Source: Lingula anatina (Eukaryota > Animalia > Brachiopoda). From it: a DNA stretch of 64,000 bases. Where the stretch lies: positions 25,296,001-25,360,000 of the forward strand of contig CM120642.1 of NCBI GenBank assembly GCA_051362555.1, written 5' to 3'. Of the stretch, positions 49,371 through 60,269 are shown piece after piece. Position 1 is the first letter of the stretch. Every line of letters starts with the position of its first letter. The translations under genes were made by a program, and so were the position numbers. Under the pieces are notes generated by a model. That model was not told where the DNA came from. It saw nothing but the letters and a program-made list of their open reading frames with translations, and did not search any database.

Positions 49371-50296
49371 AAAAAAATAAAATATTGAATGAGGAAGCAA
49401 TTAATTACAAATAGTTAAATTATCTTCAAAAAGCCTAAATAGAGAATTATTCAATTTTATATATCAAAAATTATGCCATCAAAATGAGTCAAATTTAGGT
49501 TTGTAATAAATTTTAGAAAATTATCCATGCAGTCCTTAGTAGAAAAATAACCTTCCTGCTCTGCTGTGTGACTGAGGCTAGTGAAAATATCTGGCCATCT
49601 TCTTGCAACTCGGTCTTGATAATTTTCAAAATATATGAACAGTCTAAAAAACAGGTTATAATATATTTTGTGATGTCAAAAGATATAATGCAATGTAACA
49701 ACAACTAAAAGTAACATGATTTGTATTAGTGGCCAGAAAAGAATTTATGAATAACTCGGACTCATAATTTAACTTGGATCTACATATATTTGGACCAGAT
49801 AAAACAGTGCGATTAATAGTGTGATTGTAGACTTGAACCTCAACTCGACATTTCTTTACCTGGGTCTCAGAATAATCACTTCAAAATAAATTTCGAAATT
49901 TCTATAAATCTCACACCACAAATAAATACAATTTTGAATTGAATTTAAACAATAAAACTTTTCAAAAAATCTTCAACAACCTTTGCATTTTAAAAATATT
50001 TTCAAGTAGTTGTGAAAAAAGAAGCAAATAATTTAGCTGAATTCCAATAAAAACCATGACCCATTGTTTCATATCTCTTTACCCAACATGTCTAGTGAGG
50101 TGTAATGAACTAAAAGAAAATATATATACATGTAACTATTGAGAAATTTTGCTAAATTTTGATCTTTAATTGTAGTATGTATGCTATTGCCTATTAGAAA
50201 ACTGACCAGTGCCAAGTAGACAAACTAAAATATTAAAAAATTGCTGTTTAACTGTATATATTTGTCTGCACATATCTACTGATGTTAAATAATTTC

Positions 50297-53200
50297 TTAT
50301 CCATAGAATTCTTCATCTATTGGAGTCATGTTTTCAGCACGTTGGTTCTCAGGAGGCTCAAACTCCCAGACAGCACTGCCAGTGCTCCCAGTGGTGGAGG
50401 CACGAGAGATGGACTTAGTATGAAGGTCCTCTTTAACTTTATCTGGGGTAAAAAGATTGAAAAAAAAACATACAAAGGTGCCCCTTCATCAAAAAATTAA
50501 GAAATAATCAAACCACAATTAAATTTTATAAGTATTGCCAACTGAACTATGAAATGATGAACTACATGTAACATTCTTATCAATCTCAACAAAACTTACA
50601 CATGCTGGGTCGAATTGTACTATATGATGCCAGCAGTGATGAACAGAAGATATGAAATATTGTATTTAAAAAACTTTCTTACCGACAGTTGGTGTTTTTG
50701 ATGGAGCAGTTGTATCCACTTTCACTTCACTCTCCTGGACTTGGATGATCTTTGGACCAACATTGTCCACACGGACTTCACTCTCACGCACCTTGATCAA
50801 GTAAGCTTTGACAGCTGGGGCTGTTTTGGTGCTGGTCTGAGCAGAGACAGGCGGTCTTTGTCTGATGCCAGTGGTGTCCACTTCAGGCATACTGGTCACA
50901 GTGACAGGTGGTCTCTGTCTGATGCCAGTGGTGTCCACTTCAGGCATACTGGTCACAGTGACAGGTGGTCTCTGTCTGATGACAGTGGTGTCCACTTCAG
51001 GCATACTGGTCACACTGGTGGTGTTTGCCTTGGAATAGTGGTGTGGGCAATCAAGGTTGCTGGGACCAACATTGTCCACACAGACCTCACTCTCACGCAC
51101 CTTGATCAAGTAAGCTTTGACAGCTGGGGCTATTTTAGTGCTGGCCTGAGCAGTGACAGGTGGTTTCAGGGTAATGCCAGTGGTATCCACTTCAGGCATA
51201 CTGGTCACAGTGACAGGTGGTCTCAGGCTAATGCCAGCGGTGTCCACTTCAGGTAGAGTGGTCACAGTGACAGGTGGTTTCTGTATGATGCCAGTGGTGT
51301 CCACTTCAGGCATACTGGTCACAGTGACATGTGGTATCTTGCTGATGCCAGTGGTGTCCACATCAGGCATACTGGTCACAGTGGCAGGTGGTCTCTTGGT
51401 TGTGCCAGTGGTGTCCACTTCAGGCATACTGGTCACAGTGACAGGTGGTCTCCGGCTGATGCCAGTGGTGTCAACTTCAGGCAAACAGGTCACAGTGACA
51501 GGTGGTCTCTGGCTGATGCCAGTGGTGTCAACTTCAGGCAAACAGGTCACAGTGACAGGTGGTCTCTGGCTGATGCCAGTGGTGTCTACTTCAGGCATAC
51601 AGGTCATAGTGACAGGTGGTCTCAGGCTAATGCCAGTGGTGTCCACTTCAGGCATACTGGTCACAGTGACTGGTGTTCTCTTGCTGATGCCAGTGGTGTC
51701 TACTTCAGGCATACTTGTCACAGTGACAGGTGGTTTTTGCCTGATGCCAGTGGTGTCCACTTCAGGCATACTGGTCACAGCGACAGGTGGTCTCTGTCTG
51801 ATGACAGTGGTGTCCACTTCAGGCATACTGGTCACAGTGATAGGTGGTCTCTGTCTGATGCCAGTGGTGTCCACTTCAGGCATACTGGTCACACTGGTGG
51901 GGTTTGCCTCTGGATAGTGGTGTGGGCAATCGAGGTTGCTGCAGGTCTTCTTTCTTGGCAAAAATTTCTCATCCTTTTTGCTCTTGTTTTTCTTCTTCTT
52001 CTTGCTGACAGATGTTTTGCCAGCTGAAGCCATCGTTTGTTCCAGATTGCCATAGACTTCAATGCCATAGTCCTCAACGGTATAGTCCTCAAGGTCATAG
52101 TTGTGGATGTTATAGACTTCAGTGCCAAGAACCTCAGTTGCAGCCACACTGGGCAAGGAGGCAGAACCCCAAGGATTCTCCTTGAGGCTGTTTTTACTGG
52201 AGCCATCATTCTCTAGAGACAATGAGGGAGCATGCTCCAATTTGGGGAGTCTGGCTGGCAGCACCCTCCTGGGGGTTGGGGGTGGGGTTGGTGATCGACC
52301 TCCAATAGCCCCGAGGAGTTCCTCTGATGTGCTTTCAGCAACTTGTGCTGCATCTTCAGCTGGTCGACTAACCAGCTTTGCTTTTCTATCAAAGACCTAC
52401 AAAAATTAGCAAACATTTAAAAAGCAAACCATTTCAAATTTAAGCAGCTCTCAAGGGAATAAATAAAAAGAATTCATATTCACCTTCACACACATATTCA
52501 GTGCCTGCATGCACACACACAGAGGCATGCATACCAAAACAGGTACACTACATATAACCAACTGAAAATGATGACATTATCCTTTATTGTCCTTTTGCTT
52601 CCCATCTGATATTGGCTGTCTTCTATTATCAAAACATCCTATGCAAAGATTGAAGCCTGAAGTGTTCTGGAAGTGTTCTGGACAACCTATTTAACATGTG
52701 CTTTATTTACATAATAATGAAAACTAACCTTTTGTCTTTTCTCTTCTTCTTTAGCACGCTTGCAACGTTTTTCATCCAAGAGCTGACGCTGGCGCTCTTC
52801 AAAGCGTACTTGCTTTTGATTAACAGTGACCATAGCACTCTTGATTTTGTCTGTTTGTTGCTGGGCAGCTCGATCCTTAAAAGCCTGAAAGTAATTCAAA
52901 TTTGACAGCTGTGCCTTGAATTTGGAAACTTATAATTTATACTTGCAGAATTTGAGGCCTAGGTAATATATATTCAATACCATTTACTCATCGACTAAAA
53001 GACAGCTGAAACATTAAATCAGGATTATAAAGTTATATTACAAAGTTCCTGTGCTTTGCCAACCATGAATTTTGTAGCTGGTCATCAAAGATGATGTGTC
53101 AAGAAATAATAATAATTAAATCAATACATACCAAAGATGCTTTCTTATTTTTTGCCCTAATTTCCTCAGCAATCTGGTGCAAAGATTCTTGTTTCTTTTT

Positions 53201-54524
53201 AAGTCTTTCTTCATGTTCTTTCTCAATCTCATCTTGGGTTCGTTTTTTAGCAGCAGTCTCAGGCCTTCTCAGCCTAGAAATGTTAACATAAATTTGAGAG
53301 AATATGTCCCAATTCACTGAGATTACCATATATAATAGGATATAGTAGAACTAAAGCTGACCCAGGTTTTCAACAGAAGGATCGGGGTGAGAGAGAGAGG
53401 GTTGGGAACAACTTTCCCCTGTAGACACTAATGCCAGGCCCGTAGCCGAGGGGGGGGGGGGGGTCAAAAGAACCACCCTTTTTGTCCAGAAAAGGTCCAT
53501 TTTGGGTAAAATTCGATCTAGGTACATGAAGGTTTCATTGTAAAAGGTCCACTTTTTCAGAAAAAGAACGCCCCTTTTTAAATTGCTGGCTATGGGCCTG
53601 ATAATGCAATATGTTCCAAAAGAGCGGTATCAATCAAGTGTTTAAATCTCTGCATGTTTACCTCTTAGGGCCTGGGGTGGCAGGTCTGGCATCCTTGCTT
53701 TGAATGGTCCACGCTTGGCCAGCGAGACTCATCCGTTTATCAGTAGCTTCGAGATCAGCTTTCTTCAGTTTGCGCTTTGTACTCCATTCCCCAGGTAGTT
53801 GCCAGCTAATTTTTTTCTGCGGAATACGCAATCAAGACATTAACATGACTTCACTTTGATGCTATCGTCACAAACTATGTTACAACCGTCCCTCTTATTA
53901 TTTTTGTCACGGAGAAAATGCGGGAAAACAACAAAACTGTACGAGTGATCAAACAACCGCCCCTGCATTACCGCCATCTTTAAACAACTTTTGATTCGTT
54001 GTCATTTAGAATAGCCACGGTTTCGTATTCTATCGATTGTGTTGAGATGTGCACATGCATATTTTAATGAGAAACAATGAAAAACCAAGAAAAGGGTAAT
54101 TATAAAATGATTTTCACAAAATGCATTACTGACACAGAAATGATAATTTAGAACAGTGTTTAACTAGGACTGAAGGTAAGGGAACAAGTAAGTAGTGCTA
54201 AAGAGTAGAGCTGGGGGGGGGGGGGCTGAGCTGCAATCGAACTGAAAGTTAACATAAGATTAATAAAAAAAAATAAGAAAAAATATTTCACGCCGTAAAA
54301 CTTGGAGATTTATGTAGATTTTAACGAAAAGAAAACTTAGACTACTTAACCTTTCCTGTTGGAGTCGGGCTGGGAGGTGGTGCAGCAGGCATAGGAGAGG
54401 GAGCTCGAGAGTTTGGATTAACTCTTCTCCTTCTTAGCCGCTGCCTAATAAATTGCGCTGCATGGCTGAATCTTTCTCGCGTTCTTATCCAAGCTGTGTT
54501 AAAAGGCTCACACAGTACGGGCAT
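50297..54524 (-). CDS. Uncharacterised ~828-aa protein: stathmin-like motif and coiled coil followed by 16 x 19-aa Thr/Val/Pro-rich repeats, six exons
   Basis: Exons 54524-54351, 53816-53662, 53273-53132, 52884-52729, 52396-50683 and 50442-50297. All introns are GT-AG with compatible phases (0,2,0,0,1), giving one open frame ending DEEFYG*. Confidence 0.75.
50850..51900 (-). repeat. Coding 57-bp tandem repeat (PPVTVTSMPEVDTTGIRQR), blocks of 13 and 3 units
   Basis: Period 57 nt (tccacttcaggcatactgg at 50877 and 50934). Confidence 0.95.
53435..53600. mobile_element. Small MITE with CAGGCCC termini
   Basis: TIRs CAGGCCCGTAGCC / GGCTATGGGCCTG; near-identical 7-bp flanks ctaatgc and ataatgc. 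Confidence 0.7.
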
Positions 54525-55369
54525 TTGGAAATTTTAAATACAATATAACCGATTTTGAAAAATATTGAGGAGATACGAAAATACACGTCTTGACGTTGTC
54601 GATCTCAGTCCTCAACTGAATGTTTACGTTTCCTGACGGTACGTCATATCTTGGATATTACTGTGACGTCACAATATGTTTCTAGTATAATAGATAGTAA
54701 AACTGAGAACTGGCTTTTGTAAAATATGGACTTCATTTCACAGAAGAAAAATCTGTTCAAAAAAGAGTAATGTCATTTTTTCTTTGGAAATTACGAAATG
54801 GACATCTAAAATGCAGAAATGAATTAGCTAGGAATATCTGCTATCGTTGTTATGTTCAAATACGCATGAAAATGCATTCACATTGCTAACCGAAAGTTGG
54901 AAAAACAATTAAGACGCCATTACCCTTTCACCTTTCAACTTAATTTATAGAAAAAAAATCTATTCACAGGAGAGTAACACAAAGTTTTCTTTTAGAAATG
55001 GAGAATTCAAATTTAAGAATGAAATAACTCCAACAAATTCCATTCACAGCTCTGTTAAAATTTGCAGAAAAACACTGATAACACTGCTTATGATGGAAAA
55101 ACAAATTAGCTACCCCCACTCTTCTCAGCTCTTTAGTTTTAATTGTAACAAGCCGTTTCCTTTGTAAAAACTACAGGAGCATATAGAGAATATTAGAACA
55201 AAGCTTTAAAAATAGGTTTTGCATTTTTAAAAAACTGATGAAATCAAACCACAAAAAAATCAAAATTTCCTCCTAAAAAGAAGCTTTGAATAATATTTAA
55301 GTCGTAACTCGACCCACCCTACACTTGGAATCGAGATTCTATGCCATATCTAATTAAATGTCGATTCAA

Positions 55370-55617
55370 TCAGAATCTATCATACTAGCTACTGCGCACT
55401 TACTCCACGGAGACTCTCGCTGGAATCATATTAACAGATCAACACGTCTCCTCTTGTTTCTAACGTAGGCCTACTCGTCTTATCACAACTTTTCTCTGTT
55501 CTACTCAACGCCAGAAGAGGTTTGTTAAGTTGTAAATCGGATTGCATTCAACAAGAGTCCCTGTGGAGTTAGTGCGCAGTAGCTAGTTCGATAGGTTTAT
55601 TCTGAACACGCCCTTAG
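55370..55617. mobile_element. Foldback MITE-like element
   Basis: actagctactgcgcacttactccacggagactct pairs with agagtccctgtggagttagtgcgcagtagctagt; outer tcagaat/attctga. Confidence 0.65.
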
Positions 55618-56702
55618 GCCACCATGTCTGTCTGACATTTCAGAAAGGCATATCAACATCACGGGAAAGATCATGATCAGAAGCTTTGTAGAGTAATTTA
55701 GACATAAAAATGTAATTTTTTGTAAATTACCAAATAGTATTTGTACGTACGTTTAAAATACCATTTAACATTTTAATACAGCTTAACCACCTGACAAGCA
55801 TGAACCGGGCGAGTTTCCAGAGTTCGAGTGTAGGCCCTATCCCCCGATACAAAGAGTCTCAGAGAAACCAGGGCGTGGGGTTCGGGGGTCGCTGAAGGGC
55901 CCTGAAAAAATGGTATTTTAGAGGGCGAACGGTACCATTTCGTACGGTTTAAAACTATGATTCAGCTAGTCAGAATTCTAATTTCAAGAGGGGACCATTG
56001 GTGGATTTTTTTCCCTGACCCCCTCTAAATCCGCCACTGCATTTCTAATTCAGCTACCTTATATAGTTTAAAAACAATACATTCGTAAACTGAAACACAA
56101 CCAGGCATTTCATATTTTATGTGGACTCTGCAGCGTTTAAAACGAACTATGCGGGCGAATGAAAACTGAAATATTCATCATGGCTTAAAGACATGAAAAC
56201 ATGCAAGGGAATAGAATATCGCTGAAGCGTGGTATTTATGTAGATTTATACACTGTCAAGGTGACTTCATATCCCACACAACTTACGTGGATCCAACTAT
56301 GTAATGACACTGTATAAACAAAATGGATCACAAAACCACGACTGGAAATAGAGTAACTGCGGTTATATTATAATTGAGTGATTCCGCCATTTAATATCAA
56401 AAGTCACCCGGAAATGAAGAGGGGTCAGCGACAAATGTCATCACAGAGTATTATTGAATATATATATGAATGACAGTAATTCTTGGATCTCAGACTTATA
56501 TTATAACTATATAGTCTTAAAGAGCCGGTATTCCAGATGAGCACACGTGTTTGACGTGTTGTCGTTGAATTATTGATACAACTTCTAACAGAATCATAAT
56601 ATCTGACAAGCTTCTATGCTGGATGCAAGCTCGTATAATTAAAGCATATAGAAGATTTATGATACACTTTTAATTTTACTTCGATAAAGCACAATCTCCA
56701 AA

Positions 56703-57800
56703 ATGCGCTTCTCTGTGTACAAACTAGCGCTGTTGGGAAATGTTGTTCAGATGAGACGGTGGTCGCGTCTGTGGCCTCTTCTTGCCGTCATGGCAGCCAT
56801 TGCGGGAACAGTGTATGTCCAACACGTGTGCAAAGCATGGTATCGCGCTATATACGAACCTGGCTGCATTGCAACGTCAAATAGAGAAGATAGAAAGAGC
56901 ATCTATGGGCAATACTCGTGGAGGGATATTTTTCAGTTTAGTGATAAAGAAAATGAGAAATTTACGAAAGGTTTAACTAATATTACGACAATAATGACTC
57001 CAACGGACTGTACAAGAGCGGACAGCGACCAAGGAATTGACGTTTTAATTTATATTAATTCCGCAATAGAAAACCGAAAGCGACGAGATTTCATCAGGAA
57101 AACTTGGGGGGCTAACATCAACGTTATTGAACTTGTCATTAAAGTGGTCTTCGTTTTAGGTACGTTACCAAGCTATAATGACTACGATGTGGACACCAAG
57201 AGAGAACATGAGATTAACGGTGATATACTTCAGGGGGACTTCATAGACAATTACATGAACCTAACGTACAAGGGCGTGCTTGGGTTAACATATGCAGCCA
57301 ACTGCTCCACAGCTAGGTATATTCTAAAAGTAGACGACGACGTCCTAGTTAATATATTCAGATTAAAATATCACATTGACACGTATGCACCTGCTTTAAC
57401 TGACAAACTCCAGTGCTTTCTGTACGGCGGCTATGATGCCGATGTTAGCCGGAAACCTAAAGCTAAATGGTGTATGAATCGTGATGAATTTTTAGACACT
57501 TATTACCCCGATTTCTGCGGGGGGTCCGTCGTTCTGATGACACTGACAACGGCTCAGAAACTGATAACAGAAACGTGGACGACCCCGTTCTACTGGGTTG
57601 ATGACGTGTATGTTTTCGGTCTTCTGGCTTACAAAGCGAATATAGGTCACGTGCACATGTCAGTGAACTTTGATGGAAACGTGACCTATTACCAGTCTCT
57701 ATACAATAATTCATCTTCTTTAATTTTTGCTAATATCCAGGATGATGCCATCAGAGAACAAGTTTGGCAGTGGATCTTATTAGACGTTGACCGAGTATAA
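56703..57800 (+). CDS. Beta-1,3-galactosyltransferase-like protein (GT31/Galactosyl_T), intronless, type II membrane
   Basis: TM segment LWPLLAVMAAIAGTVYV; motifs RRDFIRKTWG, VVFVLG, GDILQGDFIDNYMNLTYK, YILKVDDDVLVN (DxD), YPDFCGG and VDDVYVFG. The true start may be the second Met. Confidence 0.92.
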   Translation: MRFSVYKLALLGNVVQMRRWSRLWPLLAVMAAIAGTVYVQHVCKAWYRAIYEPGCIATSNREDRKSIYGQYSWRDIFQFSDKENEKFTKGLTNITTIMTPTDCTRADSDQGIDVLIYINSAIENRKRRDFIRKTWGANINVIELVIKVVFVLGTLPSYNDYDVDTKREHEINGDILQGDFIDNYMNLTYKGVLGLTYAANCSTARYILKVDDDVLVNIFRLKYHIDTYAPALTDKLQCFLYGGYDADVSRKPKAKWCMNRDEFLDTYYPDFCGGSVVLMTLTTAQKLITETWTTPFYWVDDVYVFGLLAYKANIGHVHMSVNFDGNVTYYQSLYNNSSSLIFANIQDDAIREQVWQWILLDVDRV

Positions 57801-58430
57801 GTTTGCAATGCAAAATATATTAATAATGTACTAGTATTTCCCTTTTTTGTTTACTCACAGTAAGAGATATCATTCTTTAGGGGTCATTATATGACAATGT
57901 TATGGACGCATTGGATTTCATTTATAAAGACAAAGCTATGGATTTAACAGTTTCTCTTTTTTGGACTGCTTTTATTTTGCACCTTATGAAGTTTAATCAT
58001 ATCGCAATATTTCGTAAGAGGTTCTAAATGCAGTTCACCCCGAAACTTAATTGTATATCTGCGCAGCACAAAACCGGCGTATTTTATCTTTTATACCACT
58101 TTCGGTTTGAGATGGTAATTGCCTATTTGTAGGTCTGTCTTACCAGTCACCTCCACACAATCGCACAGTTGCTACAGATACACGTATATTTTCATATCCG
58201 TTTTCAAACTTGTCAGTATAAGAACTAAAATAAAAATATCTTATAATCAACCGGAGAAACTTTTGCGAACAAAACCCGAATGAAATCAGCTGCTTTTAAG
58301 TTACCTGAAATACGTTATTTTTGTGAGTACCATCACAGTCATCAAACTTATCAAGAATGTGATTACATAAATACTATGTGGGCTCACCTCTTTACGTCCC
58401 GTGTCGTCATCAAGCAAAATTAGGATATTA

Positions 58431-58466
58431 CCCGTATCATGGACCTAATTAGGTCCATGCCCGTAT
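58431..58466. mobile_element. 22-bp perfect palindrome flanked by a 7-bp direct repeat (minimal transposon derivative or footprint)
   Basis: CCCGTAT-CATGGACCTAATTAGGTCCATG-CCCGTAT. Confidence 0.7.
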
Positions 58467-60269
58467 CGATTTGCCTTTGCGTCGATACCTTCCGCACCGT
58501 TGCTTCTCATCTGACGTTTGTCAATTTCGAGTCCCTGGCTGGCGTATATATTTAGATTAAATTGTTGTGTTCACAGTAAGGACCTTAAATTACATTTTAT
58601 GTGTCGCAATTTTAACGGGGGAAGGGATTCTACACTGCGGTCAGTATGGGCATGGACAAAATTAGTTATTATGTCTAAGGTATGGGGGAGTAACGATGCC
58701 CTGCGGGGTAGTAACGATGAAGGGGCGTATATACAGATGAAGTCAGTTTAACACGCTCAATAGCTGTCTTGCAGGACTGATCGTGTGTAAATGCCAATTA
58801 AGTTGTGACAATAATCAAAAGATATTAAAATATCTATTATTTTCTCACTATGGAGAACTAAGGGTATATTTTACGTTCCTTTCGGGAAACACAATATCCA
58901 AGAACTGTAACACACAGTACACTGTAGCAGGAGAATCCTGGAAGCAAATTTTTACTTAGAGAGGGTCCGTTCCACTCAAATTTTGCGACGGAGCGGAGTG
59001 CATTTCAACTTGAATGTCGCTTGAATTCAAGATGAATATCGCAGGGACTTTGTCCAGAGAAGTAATATTTTAATTATTTATTCAAATATACGTCCCTGTA
59101 CGTTTGACTGGATCCCTTTCCTGCCTTGCTTCGTGCGTGAGGTTGAAAAGCATGGAGGAGGAGGGGGGTTGGTCAGCCTCTTCGATTCCTACGCTCATGC
59201 TTTAATCCAACTGTTACAAACAACCAACGAACGATAACGCAGCAGCCATTTTATGAAAAATTAATACCAGTTGTTTTATTATGAGATGTGAAACGTATAG
59301 ATTATTAGAATGAATTAATGAATATAAATTATACATAAAACAGTATATCAACCTTATATAAGACAGCATGTGCAAAGATAACCTTAAACGTCCTTCACAG
59401 AGATTAAAATGATTATGAAAAACGGCTACCCTATCCAGCTAGCTCCACAAATCTAATGTCACCAACATGATTTTCCGATTTTCTACCAGGGTATTTATTT
59501 ACATTCAATATTTACCCACCATATGGACTTGTATACAACACACAGGTCAGATTGCTGCTACCTCTTAAGCATTAATAAACACACAATGCAAGTTAATCAT
59601 CAACAACGGGGTATTTTATCTTTTTTCTCTCCTCATTTCATTTCACCCATCCCTTGATAATTGAAAAAGTTTAAAAATTTGAACTTAAGTGCCAAATATA
59701 TATATATATATGAAGTTCACCAAAGATCTAAAGAGGTTTCATCTTTGGCCTAAAAATCACCATTAACCAGGAAAGTATGACTTGCAGAATGAGACTTGTT
59801 CTTCTTGCACTGGTGACTATAGTTATCCTATTGAATATCATTTCAAATACCCTGCAGTGTCTTTCAAATGACAAATTCTACAATACAGAACTTCTACTTT
59901 CATCAAAATTCCTAATCTTTTCGATATTTAATCAACAAAAATATTTAGAATGATGTTTTTTCTAATTATAATCTTCACTAAGACCTGAAATTCCCTGATG
60001 ACAATGTGTCCAAGATTTATTAATCAACAGCACTTAAATAATCAATTGCACAATTTCCATGGTAACATGAATTTTTTTTACAATAAATACACCATTTCAA
60101 TTTGGCACAAGAGAAGCACCTGTTGACCTGTTAAGTGAGATACAAATGACTTATTCTTTTCACATGTGGTTTGACCACGTACTGCTCATACCATGGCACC
60201 ACTTCTTTATTAGACGACGCAAATTTTCAACAGTCACATTAAAATCAAATTTCAGTCAAATTTACAGTT

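Noticed and set aside
49551-49642. Possible isolated minus-strand exon (KIIKTELQEDGQIFSLASVTQQSRK|gt)
   Set aside because: No partner exons or homology could be established by eye.
50741-52027. Long + strand ORFs of 171, 254 and 232 aa
   Set aside because: They are antisense shadows of a stop-poor 57-bp coding repeat. Splice signals and the spliced frame support the minus strand.
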